Positions 8,169-8,354 of a stretch of 8,354 bases of DNA are shown in pieces (position 1 is the stretch's first letter; each line of letters starts with the position of its first letter). The notes under the pieces were generated by a model. The model had not been told where the DNA came from and did no database searches. It was given only the letters and a program-made list of their open reading frames with translations. The stretch covers positions 1-8,354 of the forward strand of contig JBJCIZ010000924.1 of NCBI GenBank assembly GCA_051294375.1. Reading direction: 5' to 3'. Position numbers and translations under genes: made by a program. This DNA comes from Paraspadella gotoi (lineage: Eukaryota; Animalia; Chaetognatha).

Positions 8169-8354
8169 NNNNNNNNNNNNNTCTAACGCCATATCATTTA
8201 ATGCAATTGACAATGATATGACAAAATGACAGTAGAATAAAGAAATTTTTATTTTATTTTAGAGAAGTAAAAGATAGGTCGAAAGATAAGAGAGAAAGGT
8301 TACGAATTTTAGGAATCTTTTCTGGTCAAAATCCCGCAAGACCATTCACTTGTC

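Larger units (their letters stand above)
5847..8181. other. Assembly gaps (N runs) at 5847-5856, 6025-6038, 7628-7717, 7829-7990, 8083-8092 and 8169-8181
   Basis: Runs of 10, 14, 90, 162, 10 and 13 N are visible in the sequence and indicate a draft scaffold. Confidence 0.99.

Overview
This looks like non-coding DNA from a eukaryotic draft scaffold, probably an invertebrate or insect given the AT-rich background, undepleted CpG and (GA)n tracts (inference). It has six N gaps and no protein-coding gene I can support; the listed ORFs read as by-products of repeats or low-complexity sequence. About 4.5 kb (1060-5526) is a tandem array of ~53 copies of a 71-bp unit. Its divergence is almost all insertions and varies by position, which suggests an uncorrected long read used as gap fill. 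The most interesting signal to the right is a degenerate Penelope-type minimal hammerhead ribozyme motif (6265-6311) inside an inverted duplication. The right part also holds a cluster of palindromes, a ~300-bp polypurine tract, a (GAN)n-like acidic low-complexity stretch, and a cryptic ~205-bp-period repeat (7316-8168) whose conserved block looks like a splice acceptor on the minus strand.
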